Positions 17,079 to 25,678 of a stretch of 59,048 nucleotides of DNA are shown here, in pieces. This stretch comes from a virus (taxonomy: Duplodnaviria; Caudoviricetes). Below the pieces are notes generated by a model that saw only the letters and a list, made by a program, of their open reading frames with translations, was not told the origin of the DNA and searched no databases. Numbering within the stretch: the first letter of the stretch is position 1; the number at the start of each line of letters is the position of its first letter. The position numbers and the translations under genes were made by a program. Location of the stretch: the IMG/VR virus record IMGVR_UViG_3300047550_004734, positions 1 through 59,048 of that record; one strand, written 5' to 3'.

Positions 17079-19586
17079 TTACTCAAAAAATGATTCAAGA
17101 TTTGCAATTTTTTCCACTTTCCATCCAATAGAATCTAAAATAATCTTTAGAGGTTCTATAAATGCTTTCTCAAATTGTAGGTCATAGTCAATGTATTTGT
17201 CAAGGTTCAATTCTTTAGGAAAATCTTGAATAAACGAAATCACATTTTCGTAGATGATATTTGGTTTTTTTAAATAAACAAACTTAATCTTTTCCCCATT
17301 CTGAATCAAAGAATATTTACCAGTCAATTTATTCTTTTTAATGTAATGATTAAAAAGAAGTGCTCCGCGAACATGAATTGGAGTCCCTTTAATATAAATG
17401 TCTGAAGAAGATGTATATTTTCTTACATCGGAAGCAGAACGCGGAAAAGCAATTTGTTCGGGCGGAAGAGTTTTAAACTTTTCTCTACATTTATCAATAA
17501 AACTAATTACATCATCTTCAGTACCACTCATCATAATTTTAAAAGATTCCTTTAACATGTCACGACAAGGTGCTGGAGTTGAAGATTTGATTGCCTCAAT
17601 ACCCTTAATTTTTAATTTAGGTTCCTCATAACGAACCCCTTCACTATCCCAAACACTTAAAATGTATCGTTTCTTCGCAGTCCAAATACCACGCTCAGCA
17701 ATACATTCACGCTTCATGAACATCTTTTGGTCATAAGCATTTACATATTCCGCCAGTTTTTGGTAAGAACTTTCAATATATTTTTCAAATTCCATCTGAC
17801 AGACCTTATCAAGGAACGAAACAATGCTTTCAGTAGTTTTCTTTCTTCCTTGGAATACACTTTCAACCAAAGGACCCATATTGATATACAAAGAATCAGT
17901 ATCAGAAGCAATGACATAATCTACCTCAGGAGTCTTAAGAACTTTATTTAAATATCCATTCATAGCATTCATAATCCACTGAATTGATACTTGCCCGGAA
18001 AGTGTAATCGCCTCAGCATTTGCGAGTTTAAAATATCGGAAATACTGATTACCAATTGCACCATAAGCAGAGTTCAATTGAATCTTTCTTGCCATTTGAA
18101 TATTATTGCATCTGGCAATCTCTTTAATTAGTTCTTTATTTTTTGTTTTTTCATATTCCTGCTCAGCAGCAAGCATTTTCTTCTTAAAGATCACACGTTC
18201 ATTATAGATCTTCTCCATCAGTTCTGGAAGAAATCCACGCACATCCTTACGATACATAGCACCATTGGCACATACGGCATAGTCCTTATACAGTTCAAAG
18301 TTCAACTGCTCATTCAGAATCTTATCTACATTTACTGTAGGATGTCTCTCATCCAAAAGAGTTTCTGGTGAGATGTTATATTGCATAATGAGGTGAGGGT
18401 ATAGGGAGTTGAGGTCAAAAGACACAACCCAATCATACTTTCCCGGAATAGGTTCTTTAACATATGCACCAGCATACTTAGAGTCTTTATCTGAACGCTC
18501 TTTAGGAGGAATTACAATATTCCTTTTTTTCAGATAGTTATAAATGATCGTATCCCACATACGGACCTGAGAAAACACATCAGCATAGTTTGCCTTTGCA
18601 TCATATGCCATTGTGATTGCAAGTTCGATTAGTTTCATCTTGTCTTCCAAACGGTCAACAAGTTCTACGTCAACGATGTTGTATTCTACAAACTTCTGCC
18701 ATCCCTTAGTATAAAAATCCTTGAAGGTATCAAACTCCGAGTGATCCAACTTCTTTTGCTTAAGTTCAACTTCAGCAATGTAATCCAATCGATAAGATTC
18801 TTGCGCTTTATAAGTAAATTTCTTATAAAGATTCAAATAGTCAAGTTGAGTAATACCACCTACGTCATAAGCAATGTGTCTACGACCAGAAATAAAGATT
18901 TCATTTTCAGTTACAAGTCCCCAAGGAGACATGCGCTTCATTAGTTTTTCACCAAGGACACGTTCTAAACGACGAATAAGATATGGAATATCATATAATT
19001 CGACGTTCCACCCAGTCACAACCTCCGGAATGTTTTCTTCCATCATCCACCAGTTAATGAAATCCATTAACAAGTCTCTTTCGTTAGTGAAAGAACGATA
19101 GATTACATTCTTTTGTTTATTATTAAAAGGACCCATTCCCCAAGTACGAATTTGTTTAGAAGAATAATCCTGAATAGTAATCAAAAGAACTTCTTCAGAA
19201 GCAGACTCTACATCAGGGAAACCATTTTCGGATGCAACCTCAATATCAAGGGTTGTCACCTTGATTTTAGTAATATCAAATTTAACTTCATCTTCAGGAT
19301 ACATTTCAGAGATATACTGATAAATGTATTGGGTATTTCCAAAGATTTTAAAGTTTTCTACATTCTCATACTTTTTAATAAACTCCCTACAATCACGAAC
19401 ACATCCAGGTTGAACTGCCTCAACAGATTCTCCATTCAGAGTTTGATATTTAGTTTTTTTATTAGAAGGGACAAAAAGAGTCGGGTTAAACTTCTCACGA
19501 GCCATGAAGTGTTTTCCATGTTCATAACCACGAACTAAGAAGTGGTCCCCGACCATCTGAACGTTTGTGTAAAATCTCAGATTCAT
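17079..19586 (-). CDS. gp43: family B DNA polymerase
   Basis: Exonuclease DIE, SFDLNSLYP, KIQLNSAYG, SDTDS; uninterrupted. Confidence 0.98.
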   Translation of the reverse strand: MNLRFYTNVQMVGDHFLVRGYEHGKHFMAREKFNPTLFVPSNKKTKYQTLNGESVEAVQPGCVRDCREFIKKYENVENFKIFGNTQYIYQYISEMYPEDEVKFDITKIKVTTLDIEVASENGFPDVESASEEVLLITIQDYSSKQIRTWGMGPFNNKQKNVIYRSFTNERDLLMDFINWWMMEENIPEVVTGWNVELYDIPYLIRRLERVLGEKLMKRMSPWGLVTENEIFISGRRHIAYDVGGITQLDYLNLYKKFTYKAQESYRLDYIAEVELKQKKLDHSEFDTFKDFYTKGWQKFVEYNIVDVELVDRLEDKMKLIELAITMAYDAKANYADVFSQVRMWDTIIYNYLKKRNIVIPPKERSDKDSKYAGAYVKEPIPGKYDWVVSFDLNSLYPHLIMQYNISPETLLDERHPTVNVDKILNEQLNFELYKDYAVCANGAMYRKDVRGFLPELMEKIYNERVIFKKKMLAAEQEYEKTKNKELIKEIARCNNIQMARKIQLNSAYGAIGNQYFRYFKLANAEAITLSGQVSIQWIMNAMNGYLNKVLKTPEVDYVIASDTDSLYINMGPLVESVFQGRKKTTESIVSFLDKVCQMEFEKYIESSYQKLAEYVNAYDQKMFMKRECIAERGIWTAKKRYILSVWDSEGVRYEEPKLKIKGIEAIKSSTPAPCRDMLKESFKIMMSGTEDDVISFIDKCREKFKTLPPEQIAFPRSASDVRKYTSSSDIYIKGTPIHVRGALLFNHYIKKNKLTGKYSLIQNGEKIKFVYLKKPNIIYENVISFIQDFPKELNLDKYIDYDLQFEKAFIEPLKIILDSIGWKVEKIANLESFFE

Positions 19587-19840
19587 TCTTTAATTAAATC
19601 CTGGTATTTTTCAAGAAGTGTTGGTGTTGGAGTAACAAAAGTAAGAATAGAATCTGAACGAATTTCAACAAAATTTTGTTTTGTATATTCGCTCAGGAAT
19701 GGTTCCAAAGTTTTATCTTTAGATATAATGAAGGGATTTGTTAGTTTACAATCTGGTTCACCAAGTTCAGATGTAATTTGATCAATCTGACTGATAAGAA
19801 TCTGATTGCTCATCAGGCAGATCACTTTGATTATTTTCAT
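19583..19840 (-). CDS. conserved hypothetical protein
   Basis: 85 aa, coupled to gp43; beta-rich and loosely similar to the upstream ORF. Confidence 0.8.
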   Translation of the reverse strand: MKIIKVICLMSNQILISQIDQITSELGEPDCKLTNPFIISKDKTLEPFLSEYTKQNFVEIRSDSILTFVTPTPTLLEKYQDLIKE

Positions 19841-20135
19841 ATTGTTTAATTCCTAATACTTGAGTTTCATACATTTTTTTTAGTTGATCGTTGGGTTCTA
19901 CTACCGTAACCACCCAATCGGGTGATAATTCAACTGTAGTATCCTCAGATAAAGCAGGCCAAGAGTTAAGGGATATGCTTACTTTTTCTTCATCACCAAT
20001 TCTATAAGAACCATTAATTAATACCTTACAAGGTCTATCTAAAATAAAACAAATCAATTTATTTTCAAAATAACCTTCTTTAATTTCGGATACAAGATGT
20101 TCACCAGACTTTAATAAAACCAATTTTACAGTCAT
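19782..20135 (-). CDS. conserved hypothetical protein
   Basis: MTVKLVLLKSGE..WPALSED..DWVVTVVEP; SD AAGGAG. Confidence 0.85.
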   Translation of the reverse strand: MTVKLVLLKSGEHLVSEIKEGYFENKLICFILDRPCKVLINGSYRIGDEEKVSISLNSWPALSEDTTVELSPDWVVTVVEPNDQLKKMYETQVLGIKQYENNQSDLPDEQSDSYQSD

Positions 20136-20156
20136 TTTTTCTCCTTACATTTCAAT

Positions 20157-20185
20157 ATTCTATCAACAAAAAAAGGAGGAGTCAA
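20157..20185 (-). promoter_or_regulatory. sigma70-type early promoter for the polymerase operon
   Basis: TTGACT, 17 nt, TAGAAT; the -35 and spacer overlap a terminator. Confidence 0.75.
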
Positions 20186-20209
20186 CCTGGTATTGCCAGG
20201 TGCTCCTCG
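20168..20209 (-). terminator. intrinsic terminator (3' end of a candidate small RNA)
   Basis: GAGGAG-C-ACCTGG-CAATA-CCAGGT-TGA-CTCCTC followed by a T run. Confidence 0.75.
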
Positions 20210-20233
20210 CGCCGACGATAGTTCAATTAATAT

Positions 20234-20413
20234 TTATTCCCCACCATCTCCACCACTTCCATCACCAGAATCTCCGTTTCCCCCAGCACTTGAACGACTT
20301 CTTACAGAAACTGATTTTCCTTTAGGAATTTGTTTTTGTTTTTCTTGAGAATAAACAGTGTGGGGAATTGCTCCCTTATATGCTATTGTTTTAAACTCAT
20401 CAAACGATTTCAT
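20234..20413 (-). CDS. small protein (59 aa) with Gly/Asp-rich tail
   Basis: Not in the ORF track. MKSFDEFKTIAYKGAIPHTVYSQ..SSAGGNGDSGDGSGGDGGE; overlaps the end of hsp20. Confidence 0.65.
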   Translation of the reverse strand: MKSFDEFKTIAYKGAIPHTVYSQEKQKQIPKGKSVSVRSRSSAGGNGDSGDGSGGDGGE

Positions 20414-20840
20414 ATACCTTTTTCTTCTGATGTTCTGGAATAACTCTATTTAGTTTAATGGTGAGTAATCCATCAACAAAAGAAACATCACCGACAACTA
20501 CATCATCAGATAATGTCCAAGTGCGGGTAAATGCTCTCTTTGCAAGACCGTGATGAACATATTCATCTACAGAGTCATCTACTTTCTTTGCCTCCACAAA
20601 AAGTTTATTCCATTCAGAAGATACTTCAATATCTTCTTTCCTATAACCGGCAAGGGCAATTTCTAGTCTAAAGTTTGTGCTGCTTTCTTTAACTAGATTG
20701 TATGGAGGATAGTTTACTGAAGATTCGTGAGTTGTCCCGAAACGTTGCAACCATTCATCACCACCAATAAAATGCTTTTCAATATCATTTAAAAATTTTT
20801 CAATATTTCCAGTATTATATTTTGCGATTGTTGTGTACAT
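20400..20840 (-). CDS. hsp20: small heat shock protein
   Basis: NYPPYNL, LEIALAG, HGLAKRAFTRTWTL, DGLLTIKL; SD AAGGAG before ATG 20840. Confidence 0.95.
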   Translation of the reverse strand: MYTTIAKYNTGNIEKFLNDIEKHFIGGDEWLQRFGTTHESSVNYPPYNLVKESSTNFRLEIALAGYRKEDIEVSSEWNKLFVEAKKVDDSVDEYVHHGLAKRAFTRTWTLSDDVVVGDVSFVDGLLTIKLNRVIPEHQKKKVYEIV

Positions 20841-20955
20841 TTTAGTTCTCCTTAAAAAGCGAGTTTTGTTTAACATTACGGATCCTAAGACTCCGCTTTA
20901 GCGAATGAGTGGTTCAAAGAACCTCATCTCATCAATAATAATTTATATAAAAACG

Positions 20956-20991
20956 AAAAAAAGAGGAACGGTAAAAACCGAACCTCTTTTT
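20956..20991 (-). terminator. intrinsic terminator downstream of regA
   Basis: AAAAAGAGG-TT-CGGT-TTTT-ACCG-TT-CCTCTTTTTTT. Confidence 0.75.
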
Positions 20992-21038
20992 AGGGTGTTC
21001 CGACTTTTGTAGAGACCGCACGAAAGTCTCACTCTTAT

Positions 21039-21479
21039 TTATTCGGTTTCTACACCTTTTCCTTTCTTACCAATATTATATTTTTGCTCCAAAATCCAAT
21101 CTCCTTTATCTTTATAAGAAAGAACTTTAATTTGATTAAGTGGAGCGATGTCAGAAATCTTATCAAGATTGACTACGGTAATAAGTCCCCAATCAGCAAG
21201 AAGACGCACGATACGATTACGACGTTGAACATCATTTACCGTAAGATTAGCGTGTTTTCCATCAAGAGCAAATAGTTCCTTGAAATGGACAATATAATAT
21301 TTTCCTTGCTTATGTAAAATATGGCAAGATTGATACAATTTCCTTTCTTTTCTTGATGCAACTCCAATGCGAGTTAGAGTTTCACGTACTTTTAGAAAAT
21401 CATCAGGTTCATTGAGGATGACCTCAACCATTTGTGACTGAGACCAATTTACTTGAGGCTCGATTGTTTGTGTAATCAT
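21039..21479 (-). CDS. regA: translational repressor RegA
   Basis: DDFLKVRETLTRIGVAS..LYQSCHILHKQG.YYIVHFKELF. Confidence 0.97.
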   Translation of the reverse strand: MITQTIEPQVNWSQSQMVEVILNEPDDFLKVRETLTRIGVASRKERKLYQSCHILHKQGKYYIVHFKELFALDGKHANLTVNDVQRRNRIVRLLADWGLITVVNLDKISDIAPLNQIKVLSYKDKGDWILEQKYNIGKKGKGVETE

Positions 21480-21856
21480 TTTGTTCCACCAATTTCAAAT
21501 TTTTGTTTAATGAAGTTAATCTGCTCTTTTGACAAAATTTTCAGTGCTTGAGATGCCTTTTCGTTACTATAACCATAATAACGTTTTACATATTCTAAGT
21601 CTTTAATTTTATCTTTACGGAGCCAAGGAGAAAATCTCCTCCTTTTTCTTATAGTATTTAGAAAAAAAGAATATTGCATATCTTTATCTAAATGATGGTT
21701 GATGTTCATCTCATTAGAAAAAAGAATAGTATCAATTTGCCCAGATAAACATTTATTAATAATAAAAGGTGTATATTCCTTCAATAAAGAAGGATCCTCA
21801 TCCATCAGATTCTGTTTTGTCTGATTTATTGAATTTAGCCAGTCCTTCAATTCCAT
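21476..21856 (-). CDS. gp62: clamp loader small subunit
   Basis: WLNSIN..YTPFIIN..NEMN..RRFSPW..YYGYSNEKA; position in the operon. Confidence 0.92.
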   Translation of the reverse strand: MELKDWLNSINQTKQNLMDEDPSLLKEYTPFIINKCLSGQIDTILFSNEMNINHHLDKDMQYSFFLNTIRKRRRFSPWLRKDKIKDLEYVKRYYGYSNEKASQALKILSKEQINFIKQKFEIGGTK

Positions 21857-22679
21857 AATTAAATAGCAGCAACTCTTTACGTTGTTTTTGATCTCTCATA
21901 TATTCGCCTACAGAACGCATTGTATAAGTAAGATCAAACTCAACAGCGTTCCATTTTCCACCAAGAAAACGTGTTTTTATCAGTTGATCAGAATTATAAC
22001 TCACCAACATATCCATATCAATATTATTACAATCAGCAGCAAACTTATCGTGATCAAATCCTTTATGCATTGATCCATTGTTCCCATAGAGATTATCCTT
22101 AATGTCATAAGGAGGATCAAGATACATAAAAGCACTCTTGTTTCCATCCATCAGATAATCGTAAGAGTAATTAGTTATACACCATCTTTCAATTAGTTTG
22201 GAGTATTCTGGAAGTTTTTCAATTCCGCGAACACTAAAATTAGAATTAGATGCTTGAGGCGAAAACGAAGAACTTGCAGTAAGACCACTAAAGGAACATT
22301 TATTTACAATATAGAACCTTACAGCACGCTCAAAATCTCCAGTTTTGGGATCCTCTAGAATAGTTTTTGAAATATCAAACAGTCCTCGTGATGACACAGG
22401 ATCAGGACAGGAACTCTTGAAATGTAAAAGATGATCCTTAAGTTCAGTACCAAACATCTGGAGTTGTTGCCAGAAATTTACCAGAGGTTCATAAAGATCA
22501 TTTACCCAGATCTTAAGATTTGGATATTTTTTAGCAATATGAATTGCTACAGAACCACCCCCCAAGAATGGTTCTCGGAACTCATCGTAGTTTTGAAGAT
22601 CAGGAAAATATGGATCCATTTTGATACAAGCACGGGACTTGCCACCAGGATACCTCAAAGGTGTTTTAAGAGATTTCAT
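21798..22679 (-). CDS. dam: DNA adenine methyltransferase (Dam/D12 class)
   Basis: LRYPGGKS, EPFLGGGS, VNDL, YLDPPY, ELLLFNY. Confidence 0.92.
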   Translation of the reverse strand: MKSLKTPLRYPGGKSRACIKMDPYFPDLQNYDEFREPFLGGGSVAIHIAKKYPNLKIWVNDLYEPLVNFWQQLQMFGTELKDHLLHFKSSCPDPVSSRGLFDISKTILEDPKTGDFERAVRFYIVNKCSFSGLTASSSFSPQASNSNFSVRGIEKLPEYSKLIERWCITNYSYDYLMDGNKSAFMYLDPPYDIKDNLYGNNGSMHKGFDHDKFAADCNNIDMDMLVSYNSDQLIKTRFLGGKWNAVEFDLTYTMRSVGEYMRDQKQRKELLLFNYGIEGLAKFNKSDKTESDG

Positions 22680-23620
22680 TTGAATTCGCATTCACACATA
22701 ATTTCAGTTAGTGCTGCTAGGAGGTTAATTTCCTGATCAGCCACGAACGCACATTGGTATTGATACTTAGCAATAACAAGAACGGCAGCAGGGATAGATT
22801 GGGGTGAAAGGCAATCATAACAGGCGTCATACACCCTGCGAAGTAGAACAGGAGCATCGTTGTCAAGGTTGGAGACCACCCACTTGCGGACTTCTGTAAA
22901 GTTCTTTTCCTTGAGGTTCTTGATGAGTTCATTTACAGAGATGTCAGAGAAAGATGCAAGAATGCCCGTGTCAATTTTTCCTCCCGTAGAATACCTCTGA
23001 CACTCGTTAAGGACTCTACGAAAGTCTGGGAAGTGCTTAGATACAAGTTCCGCAACGACTTTTTCATCATACTCAATTTTCTCCTGATCCAAGATTGTTT
23101 GGAGTCGTTTGAAGAAAGATCCAGCAAGTTGTACTTTTTGCCGTCCTTTGATTGTAAAGTCAATGACCGCACAACGAGAGTGGAGTGGTTCAATAATTTT
23201 GTTCTTGTAGTTACAGGTGAAGATGAATCGGCAGTTGTTATAAAATGCCTCAATATTCGCCCGTAGTAGGAGTTGTACGTCGTTGCCTGTGTTATCCGCC
23301 TCATCGATAATGATGACTTTGTGTTTAGAAGATCCCGTAAGTGAGACGGTCGAAGCAAAGTTCTTTGCCTGGTTCCGTACAGTATCCAAGAAACGCCCTT
23401 CGTCGGATCCGTTGATGACATAAAAATCTGCTCCCAGTTCGTTACATAATGCTTTTGCGATTGTGGTTTTACCAATACCAGGAGGTCCAGCAAGAAGGAG
23501 ATTTGGAATCTCACCTTTCTCTACAAACTCCTTGAATGTTTTTTTAGTATCATCGGGAAGAATACAGTCATCAATTACTTTCGGTCTGTATTTTTCACAG
23601 AATAAGAATTCACTTGTCAT
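22676..23620 (-). CDS. gp44: clamp loader large subunit
   Basis: EKYRP, GPPGIGKT, IIDEAD, PLHSRC. Confidence 0.97.
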   Translation of the reverse strand: MTSEFLFCEKYRPKVIDDCILPDDTKKTFKEFVEKGEIPNLLLAGPPGIGKTTIAKALCNELGADFYVINGSDEGRFLDTVRNQAKNFASTVSLTGSSKHKVIIIDEADNTGNDVQLLLRANIEAFYNNCRFIFTCNYKNKIIEPLHSRCAVIDFTIKGRQKVQLAGSFFKRLQTILDQEKIEYDEKVVAELVSKHFPDFRRVLNECQRYSTGGKIDTGILASFSDISVNELIKNLKEKNFTEVRKWVVSNLDNDAPVLLRRVYDACYDCLSPQSIPAAVLVIAKYQYQCAFVADQEINLLAALTEIMCECEFK

Positions 23621-23623
23621 AAT

Positions 23624-23923
23624 TTATACTTCAATATTGGGTTGAATAATTGCTCCATTCATAGGGTTTTTTAGATTTGTTGGATCATAATACCGCCTGT
23701 TCATTTTTTTATCAACAATGGTTGGTTGTTTTGTAACCGCCACCCCATCAACAAACCAAACATTATACTCTTTGCAATTATCATCAAAATGCTTTGCTAA
23801 CTGCCAATTTGTTTGGATATGTAGAGTATCTCGTTCTAATTCTTCAGCAGAAGCATATTCCAAAAAAATAGAATAAAGATAGGAGTCCAATTCTTTTGAA
23901 GGATGAAAAAAATAGTCTTCCAT
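23624..23923 (-). CDS. hypothetical protein
   Basis: 99-aa ORF fills the gap on the coding strand. Confidence 0.7.
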   Translation of the reverse strand: MEDYFFHPSKELDSYLYSIFLEYASAEELERDTLHIQTNWQLAKHFDDNCKEYNVWFVDGVAVTKQPTIVDKKMNRRYYDPTNLKNPMNGAIIQPNIEV

Positions 23924-23932
23924 TACATTTTA

Positions 23933-24442
23933 TCATACCCATTCTGGACGCCTTTGCGGCATACGAAGATAGTTGTCCTTCACCCAAGGTTTGGATGCGA
24001 TATACATCTTGTAAGCAGTAAAAGTGTCAATGCTTGTGTCAAGTTTATACTCATCTGGCATAGCACGAACAAAGTTTTCTACTTTATCAATTTTACCACG
24101 AGGGAACAAATAATAAGCATCTACAAGGGTCTTGTAACAGGAATGAACTTTTCCATAACGGAGACTGTATTCATCACACAGGTTCATGCCGTGCTTAATC
24201 AACCAGTATGCATTATCCACAGACTCCGCTGCCCATTTAGTACAGGGATGATTGCGGAAAGCGCCCTTGGCGGTGCTGTAAGGCGTCTCGTCTGCCTTGT
24301 GGAGGCGTCCATACCCATGATACCAGTCAGATGCCACGATGGAAAGCATTTGGCAGCACTCCAGAGGCATCTTGACGATGTGCTTGTCGGGAAGGCAGAT
24401 GGCGCTTTCAGCAGGCCAAGGAGAAGTTACAAAGATATTCAT
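23933..24442 (-). CDS. pyrimidine-dimer DNA glycosylase / endonuclease V-like protein
   Basis: MNIF..DKHIVKMPLE..QMLS..NHPCTKW..EYSLRYGKVH. Confidence 0.75.
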   Translation of the reverse strand: MNIFVTSPWPAESAICLPDKHIVKMPLECCQMLSIVASDWYHGYGRLHKADETPYSTAKGAFRNHPCTKWAAESVDNAYWLIKHGMNLCDEYSLRYGKVHSCYKTLVDAYYLFPRGKIDKVENFVRAMPDEYKLDTSIDTFTAYKMYIASKPWVKDNYLRMPQRRPEWV

Positions 24443-25104
24443 CCGAATGTTGAATCAGGTTCCAGAGCAATATAATACTGCACATCATATCCAGTATTCT
24501 TGAATCGTGACAAAAGTTTAGAAGAGATCACAACTTCATAATTACCAGGAAGAATCTTGATATTCTCAACTTTGAAGTTGAAAGTAAATACCTCATCAGT
24601 TTCTCCAACAATCACAGAGAAATCGTTAGAAGTATCATTCTTCTTATCACGAACTACCAGTTTCACCACACCTGCTTCACCAACCACAGACATGTCAGGC
24701 AATTGATACACAGAAGCAGCTTTAAGCAACTTATCAAGTTCTTTGGTATCAAGAATGAAACAAACATCTTCTGAAGGAAGTGAAATAGATTTGTCAGGAG
24801 GAGTGACAATTACATTTGGATCTGCAAAAAAATACTTGGATCGTGACTTTCCTTCGCGGATAACAACATAGTTATCATTATCAAAATCCAGTTCAGCATT
24901 CTGATGAAGGTTAAGACCATTTAGGAACTGGTTTAAATCATAGATACCAAAGTCTTTCGGCAGTTCTTCTTCGATTGTTGCTTCAGCAAGAATATTTTTC
25001 ATTACCGAAATGGTACGAAGCGAACTACCTTCCTTAAACAGAATGGACTGGTTGATGGAAGAGAAGTTCTTGAGAAGCGTGAGAGTTTTATCAGAGAGTT
25101 TCAT
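24439..25104 (-). CDS. gp45: sliding clamp
   Basis: MKLS..LKNFSSINQSI..FGIYDLNQFL..YYIALE. Confidence 0.97.
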   Translation of the reverse strand: MKLSDKTLTLLKNFSSINQSILFKEGSSLRTISVMKNILAEATIEEELPKDFGIYDLNQFLNGLNLHQNAELDFDNDNYVVIREGKSRSKYFFADPNVIVTPPDKSISLPSEDVCFILDTKELDKLLKAASVYQLPDMSVVGEAGVVKLVVRDKKNDTSNDFSVIVGETDEVFTFNFKVENIKILPGNYEVVISSKLLSRFKNTGYDVQYYIALEPDSTFG

Positions 25105-25109
25105 AATAA

Positions 25110-25463
25110 TCAGCGAAATTCAGAGAGACCATTATCTTGGCGAGAATAATGACCGTCAAAGTGAAGAAGAAGCATAGCATAATGAATCACTTTAAGCAAA
25201 TCACGTTTATTACGACCATCCTTATCACCATAACGACTACCATACTTCAGGATATTTGCTTGACAAAATCCAGGAGCAAGATCCTTTGCTGCCATCAGAT
25301 CAATTGTTTGAATGTCTTGGTATTGTTGGTTATGACCACAATAATGACTTCCGTAAGTGCTAGTCACATAATCCTCAATATCTTTGAGGATTTTATCTTC
25401 GTTGTATTTCCAAAGATGATTTTTCTTTTCAGACATATTAATAGTAAAAGTTGGATCAATCAT
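25110..25463 (-). CDS. conserved hypothetical protein
   Basis: TYGSHY..IQTIDL..FCQANILKYGSRYG.K..DLLKVIHYA; start may be 25436. Confidence 0.85.
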   Translation of the reverse strand: MIDPTFTINMSEKKNHLWKYNEDKILKDIEDYVTSTYGSHYCGHNQQYQDIQTIDLMAAKDLAPGFCQANILKYGSRYGDKDGRNKRDLLKVIHYAMLLLHFDGHYSRQDNGLSEFR

Positions 25464-25495
25464 AAAAAAAGGGGAGGCATAATTACCTTTCCCTA

Positions 25496-25524
25496 ATCAT
25501 ACCGTTTTAAGTTTAACCTGTCAA
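25496..25524 (-). promoter_or_regulatory. sigma70-type early promoter
   Basis: TTGACA (25524-25519), 17 nt, TATGAT (25501-25496). Confidence 0.8.
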
Positions 25525-25676
25525 TATAATTTTTTAACTATCTTTGATTTATAATCTGGATAATATTTTTTCATTAAAAATGGAATTCCATATCCAATCA
25601 TACTACTATTACATTCGATTAATATTTCTTTAGTTTCCTCAATTATTAAATGTTTCAGTGGAAATTTATTTTTCAT
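25521..25676 (-). CDS. small hypothetical protein (51 aa)
   Basis: Not in the ORF track. MKNKFPLKHLIIEETKEILIECNSS..KKYYPDYKSKIVKKLY starts right after the gp46 stop. Confidence 0.65.
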   Translation of the reverse strand: MKNKFPLKHLIIEETKEILIECNSSMIGYGIPFLMKKYYPDYKSKIVKKLY

Positions 25677-25678
25677 AC

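Noticed and set aside
17079-19586. Inteins or introns in gp43 (also checked by eye in gp17, uvsX, uvsW, gp46 and nrdA)
   Set aside because: Lengths are normal, motifs are contiguous, and no C..HN/[CST] insertions were seen.
21798-22679. Dam plus the PD-(D/E)XK nuclease as a restriction-modification pair
   Set aside because: They are 11 kb apart, and solitary Dam genes are routine in T4-like phages; nothing in the sequence links them.
22933-23514. 193-aa alternative-frame ORF inside gp44
   Set aside because: Same-strand overlap in a locally GC-richer gene; no motifs or SD seen.
23903-24475. 190-aa plus-strand ORF opposite the glycosylase-like gene
   Set aside because: Antisense shadow in a higher-GC stretch; the minus-strand ORF carries the family motifs.
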